From an uncultured Candidatus Rokubacteria bacterium (GTDB lineage Bacteria > Methylomirabilota > Methylomirabilia > Rokubacteriales > CSP1-6): a stretch of 64,000 nucleotides of DNA. Below the pieces are notes generated by a model that had not been told where the DNA came from, made no database searches, and was given only the letters and a program-made list of their open reading frames with translations. The stretch covers positions 278,257 through 342,256 of the forward strand of contig CAVRLO010000010.1 of assembly GCA_963721815.1 (NCBI GenBank), written 5' to 3'. A program made the translations under genes and the position numbers. Position 1 is the first letter of the stretch; each line of letters opens with the position of its first letter. This document shows positions 60,340 through 64,000 of the stretch, in pieces.

Positions 60340-60816
60340 TTACCCTGGGCCGCTCACTGGGGATCGCCACGCTCGCCCGTGATGCGGTGGCCGAGCCCGG
60401 CATGCGGCCAAGCTTCTTCGTGTCCAGATGCAGCAGGTCCCCGGGGCTCGGTGTTCATAGCGTGCACCGCGGGCGCGCCGGCCGCCCACGGCGCGACAAG
60501 CCGGCGCGGCGTAGGATCCGGGCGGCCGTCGCCGCGCTCACCCCGACCGCCCCGGCGATCTGACCACACGTCCAACGCTGCAGCCGCAGCACCTTCATGC
60601 CGAGGGCAATAGCCGGGGCCGTCTCACGCGGACTCGCGTGCGGGCGACTCGATCGATCGTTGAGGCCCGCCACGCCCTCGGTGCGATAGCGGGCCAGCCA
60701 CTTGCGGGTCGTGCGTAGCGAGATCCCAAGCTGGCGAGCGAGCTCCGGGACCGGCTCCCGCGGCCAGCGTGACAATCGGTCGACGGAGGGTGAGTCGGGA
60801 GGACGTCACCAGGACA
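60340..60816 (-). mobile_element. Degenerate IS481-family transposase remnant
   Basis: LARQLGIS.RT.RKWLARYR.EG..GL.DRSSRPH, then RYEH..PGDLLHLDTKKLGR; truncated and frameshifted; possible TGT end at 60816. Confidence 0.85.
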
Positions 60817-61104
60817 GGGAAAGTGACGGGGAGACAAAGTGGGGGGAACAAGCAGCTAGGTCGCGCTGCATTCCGAGGGAAACCACATTATCCCACGCAC
60901 ACTCGGCGTAGGCTGTCGCGGCCGAGGTGAGCAGGGAGAGGGGACGATCAGCGAGGCCGTTCGTGTGAGTCGCATCATCGGGGTCGGCACGGCAGGCTGC
61001 GCGGGCCGAGCGCCAGGCTGGGTGCGCGTCAGACGACTGTGGTGTCGTTGAATGGAGCATCGGGGGCGTATCTTAGAGGAGGACCGACCCAACGGAACCC
61101 TCTC

Positions 61105-61320
61105 ATGGCCATTACGTTCAAGGTAGACAGCACCACCGCTGAAGGAACGTTCATCCGGGTCCTTCGCGCCGGGCGACCATTCGGGAAGATCCTCGATGCC
61201 GTTGGGCTCTACAGATTCTACGAAGCCGACCACGAAAAGCTCGGTAGCGCGGACCTCAAAGATGTGAATCTCGAGCGGCTCAAGACAGCGATCCAATCGA
61301 GGTACGAAGGACGGGGATGA
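61105..61320 (+). CDS. Small hypothetical protein
   Basis: 71-aa protein-like ORF MAITFKVDS... Confidence 0.6.
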   Translation: MAITFKVDSTTAEGTFIRVLRAGRPFGKILDAVGLYRFYEADHEKLGSADLKDVNLERLKTAIQSRYEGRG

Positions 61321-61406
61321 TTAGTCGCCGCGACCTGTGACCTCTAGGCACCAGTCTGCGAAACGGTCTGAGCCGGTCCCGTCATCCGACAGCCCGCATC
61401 CTCCCC

Positions 61407-61607
61407 ATGCAACTCCAAGTCGGGGACCGCATCACGGACGAGACTGATAAATGGGAAGTCGTTGGCCATCCATTCACCACAGCAGGCGGGAAGAATGCTC
61501 ATGTGCGGCTCCAACGCGTGGACAAGCCCGGCGTGACGGAGATTCGGACGTGGGGCGCACACGAGCGGGTCAGTGTAAAGCGAACGATCTCTAAGGAGGG
61601 CAAATAG
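61407..61607 (+). CDS. Small hypothetical protein, SH3-like (LQVGDRI...WEVVG)
   Basis: Protein-like beta pattern; coupled to the next ORF. Confidence 0.7.
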   Translation: MQLQVGDRITDETDKWEVVGHPFTTAGGKNAHVRLQRVDKPGVTEIRTWGAHERVSVKRTISKEGK

Positions 61608-61608
61608 C

Positions 61609-61773
61609 ATGGACGGTCTAGTTCAGATTCAAGTGGTGGTGCAAGGGAACGCGGGGGCAGTCGGTCTGGTAGGTCTGGATAGCCAAGGGCGAGTCTGGTA
61701 CGGCGAACTCTCGGGAGCCAAAGCACCCGCCCGCTACTCCATCAAGTGGACAAGGATCGAAGATCGTCCGTAG
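61609..61773 (+). CDS. 54-aa hypothetical protein (below the ORF-track cutoff)
   Basis: TAAGGAGG RBS; MDGLVQIQVVVQGNAGAVGLVGLDSQGRVWYGELSGAKAPARYSIKWTRIEDRP. Confidence 0.65.
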   Translation: MDGLVQIQVVVQGNAGAVGLVGLDSQGRVWYGELSGAKAPARYSIKWTRIEDRP

Positions 61774-61804
61774 TCCGTTCTCAGGCCGGAGGTCTGAACC
61801 ACCC

Positions 61805-61980
61805 CGCGCGCCGAATCTGGCTCCTCAGCGCGAGCGCCCTCCTGAACTCGACACGTACCTGAGCCCTCGCCTCCGCGCTCCAGCGCGCGAGTGGAGCATC
61901 ACGCGCAGGAGGCGGTTGATACGGAGCCAGGGGTGCCAGAGGCGGGCGTCGGTGTCGTTCACTTCCCCTTCGGCCCGCAC
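61805..61980 (-). repeat. 176-bp direct repeat, copy 2
   Basis: Offset exactly 2060 bp from copy 1; has an AAGGGG RBS before GTG 61962. Confidence 0.9.
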
Positions 61981-62035
61981 ACGAGAAGCTAACGATCCGG
62001 CGAGCGCGCGACGCCGGGACCAACTGACCACAGAG

Positions 62036-64000
62036 TCAGCGCCGTGGCCTGCGCCCGCGCGCTGCGGGCGGCGGCGAATCAGCTCGCGACGGCCGGCTGC
62101 AGTCTCCCCAGATCCCTCCGGCGAAGGCTGGCATCGTGTGCAAAAGGTGCTGGAAGCTCTGCGTGCTCATGAACAGAACCTCGGCATCGGCGGAGACGAC
62201 GGTGACGCTGGCCTCGCGAGTTGCGCCTTCCAGCAGGCCCATTTCTCCGAAGACGTCGCCCTCGCTCAGTTCGCTGGTAAACCGCCCCTCGGTCCCGACC
62301 GCGAGGTGGCCCGACAGGAGGACGTAGAACCCGTCGGCCTTGTCTTTCTCGACGAAGACGTGATGACCTTGCTTGAACTCCTTGACCAGGCTGAAGATTG
62401 CGAAGCCGGAGAGCTGACTCGCGGTCATGTGCTCGATCACGCTCCTGGCGCCAGGCTCCAACGCCGCCTTGAGTCGGGCGCGCTCCTGGGCGAGTTGCAG
62501 CCGCGGGAGCAGGCCCCTCATCTTGTTGACCCGCTCCTGGATCACCGGGTGCTTCCCGACCAACCAGTGGTACTGCTCTTCGCTGAGCCGGATCGCCTGG
62601 GTGGGGCGGTCGGCCACGACGTCGGCCGCGCGGAAACCGCGCTGCTGGCCGATGCCCCATTCGCCGAAGGTGTCGCCCCTGCTCAGCGTCGTGATGACAC
62701 GGCGGCCGTCACGCACGCTCACCCGTCCGTCGGCGACAATCTGGAAATGCATGGGTTCCCCGGGGGCGACCGGCCCCTTCCGAATGATGACCTCATCCGG
62801 GAAGTTGGTGACGATCTCCGCGCCGTGGAGCAGCGTCTCGAGCGTGGTGGACGACATGTCGTATAGGTAGGCGACGTGCCGCATCGCCCCGAGCAGCACG
62901 CGCCGCCGAGAACGCGGCGTCGTCGGCAGGAGGACCTGGGTCGCGAAGAGGCGGGGCTTGCTAGGCGCGAAGCCTCGGGGCACCTCCCCGTCCGCGATGT
63001 GGACCAGGGACATTTTACTGGTGATGGCGTCGGTCAGGGCGCGCAGCGCCTCCTTGTCGGTGTGAATGGGAGGGATGCCGGCCTCGTGGTAGAGAAGGTC
63101 GACGGTGGGTTCTCCGTCCGGCGTCCAGAAGAAGTACATCAGGTCTTGGAAGTGCGCCTCCGCCAGCATCCCGCGGCGCCGGAGATCTTCGAGTGTCGCA
63201 GGATCGTACTGGGTGTCTCCCGAGTAGCCGAACGTCCGCCCGCCGAACGTGAGCTTGAAGCCGTTGGTCGGGATCGGATGGAGGTTCCAGCGGGTCTCGA
63301 GCTCAGCGTAGTCGGCCGCCACCTCGATCCGCACTCGATTGCCCGGGTTCGCGGAGATGTGAGTCACCAAGCGCTCTCCCTCGAAGTCGCGCCCTGTGAG
63401 GAGTCGCGCCTTCTCGACGAAGGCGCGGAAGACGGGGTCCGAGGCGATCACCCTCGTCGGGCTCCCGCTCACTAGCTTCTCGACGAGCCCACCATCGTGG
63501 TCAGCGTGGACGTGGGTCAGGAACACGTACAGCACATCCGCCGGCGCGACCCCGATCTGGTCGAGGTAGGCGAGCGCTTCCGAGGACGGATCGACGAGGA
63601 TGCCCTTGCCGTTAACCCAGATGATGAAGCTCGTAAAGTCGCCACTCGCGTCGAAGCCGTGGCTGGTTCCGAGAGGTGTGACCCCGAACCGCGGCCGGTC
63701 GCTCGCGAACTGAATGGCCTCGCGGAGCTCGGCGGGGATGGGCCGGAGCAGCCGCGGCGGCGTCCCCACCTCGAGTTTCTTCTCGCTCGACCGGCCGTCC
63801 GGCTGGGCGATGCGAACGTCGAACCCGCGCCCGGAGGGCGCCACTCGCACCTCCGCCGACGGCAACGGGATGACGGTCGCCTCGCCGTCGAGAGTGAAGA
63901 AGTCCACGTACGCGTCGACCCCGAGGAGCGGGCTTTCCGGGCTGCCATCGTGGCGCGCGGCATAGAGCTCATGGGCGGTGCGCAGGAAGTGGTACGTCTC
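62036..64000 (-). CDS. MBL-fold metallohydrolase fused to two cyclic-nucleotide-binding domains (5' end outside the window)
   Basis: THVHADHD, HPIPT, SGDT and HEAG.PPIHT; two FGE...R phosphate-binding cassettes; frame open to 64000. Confidence 0.9.
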   Translation of the reverse strand, partial: ETYHFLRTAHELYAARHDGSPESPLLGVDAYVDFFTLDGEATVIPLPSAEVRVAPSGRGFDVRIAQPDGRSSEKKLEVGTPPRLLRPIPAELREAIQFASDRPRFGVTPLGTSHGFDASGDFTSFIIWVNGKGILVDPSSEALAYLDQIGVAPADVLYVFLTHVHADHDGGLVEKLVSGSPTRVIASDPVFRAFVEKARLLTGRDFEGERLVTHISANPGNRVRIEVAADYAELETRWNLHPIPTNGFKLTFGGRTFGYSGDTQYDPATLEDLRRRGMLAEAHFQDLMYFFWTPDGEPTVDLLYHEAGIPPIHTDKEALRALTDAITSKMSLVHIADGEVPRGFAPSKPRLFATQVLLPTTPRSRRRVLLGAMRHVAYLYDMSSTTLETLLHGAEIVTNFPDEVIIRKGPVAPGEPMHFQIVADGRVSVRDGRRVITTLSRGDTFGEWGIGQQRGFRAADVVADRPTQAIRLSEEQYHWLVGKHPVIQERVNKMRGLLPRLQLAQERARLKAALEPGARSVIEHMTASQLSGFAIFSLVKEFKQGHHVFVEKDKADGFYVLLSGHLAVGTEGRFTSELSEGDVFGEMGLLEGATREASVTVVSADAEVLFMSTQSFQHLLHTMPAFAGGIWGDCSRPSRADSPPPAARGRRPRR

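Larger units (their letters stand above)
59595..64000. mobile_element. Left edge of a tRNA-Lys-integrated genomic island (continues beyond the window)
   Basis: att fragment, visibly lower GC in 59.9-61.8 kb, small ORFs, IS remnant and internal repeat; no integrase seen. Confidence 0.68.

Noticed and set aside
59745-61980. CRISPR array or DGR template/variable repeat pair
   Set aside because: Only two long copies with no spacers or cas genes; mismatches are not adenine-specific and there is no reverse transcriptase in the window

Overview
High-GC bacterial chromosomal segment. The expanded family-5 ABC solute-binding proteins, four luciferase-like monooxygenases and the style of the small proteins suggest Candidatus Rokubacteria/Methylomirabilota; this is an inference from gene content, not a marker gene. 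It is mostly catabolic and transport genes: sugar and peptide ABC systems, a xylose/arabinose-oligosaccharide cluster (epimerase, xylose-dehydrogenase-like SDR, GH127, CUT1 ABC, GH31), acyl-CoA ligases with a hotdog dehydratase, HtrA with a two-component system, a DGPF/YciI-SRPBCC-BNR-MoaD operon, and leuA with an attenuator. It ends in the edge of an island bounded by a tRNA-Lys(CTT) 3' fragment. Best non-obvious signals: (1) a MerB-like organometallic lyase with an in-frame UGA at a catalytic-Cys position, followed by a SECIS-like hairpin; read-through couples it to an enoyl-CoA hydratase, and it is divergent from a fluoroacetate-dehalogenase-type gene; (2) a 17-bp palindrome ATTACCTCGGAGGTAAT in three copies, tied to an XRE/MmyB-type regulator; (3) an internally deleted ECF42-type sigma gene with two retained promoters; (4) a DsyB-like methyltransferase; (5) in the island, a duplicated small gene with the same frame switch in both copies, and an MBL-fold protein with two cNMP-binding domains. 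Dense single-base indels at about 22.6-32 kb are probably assembly errors. All family calls come from motif recognition by eye; no searches were run.
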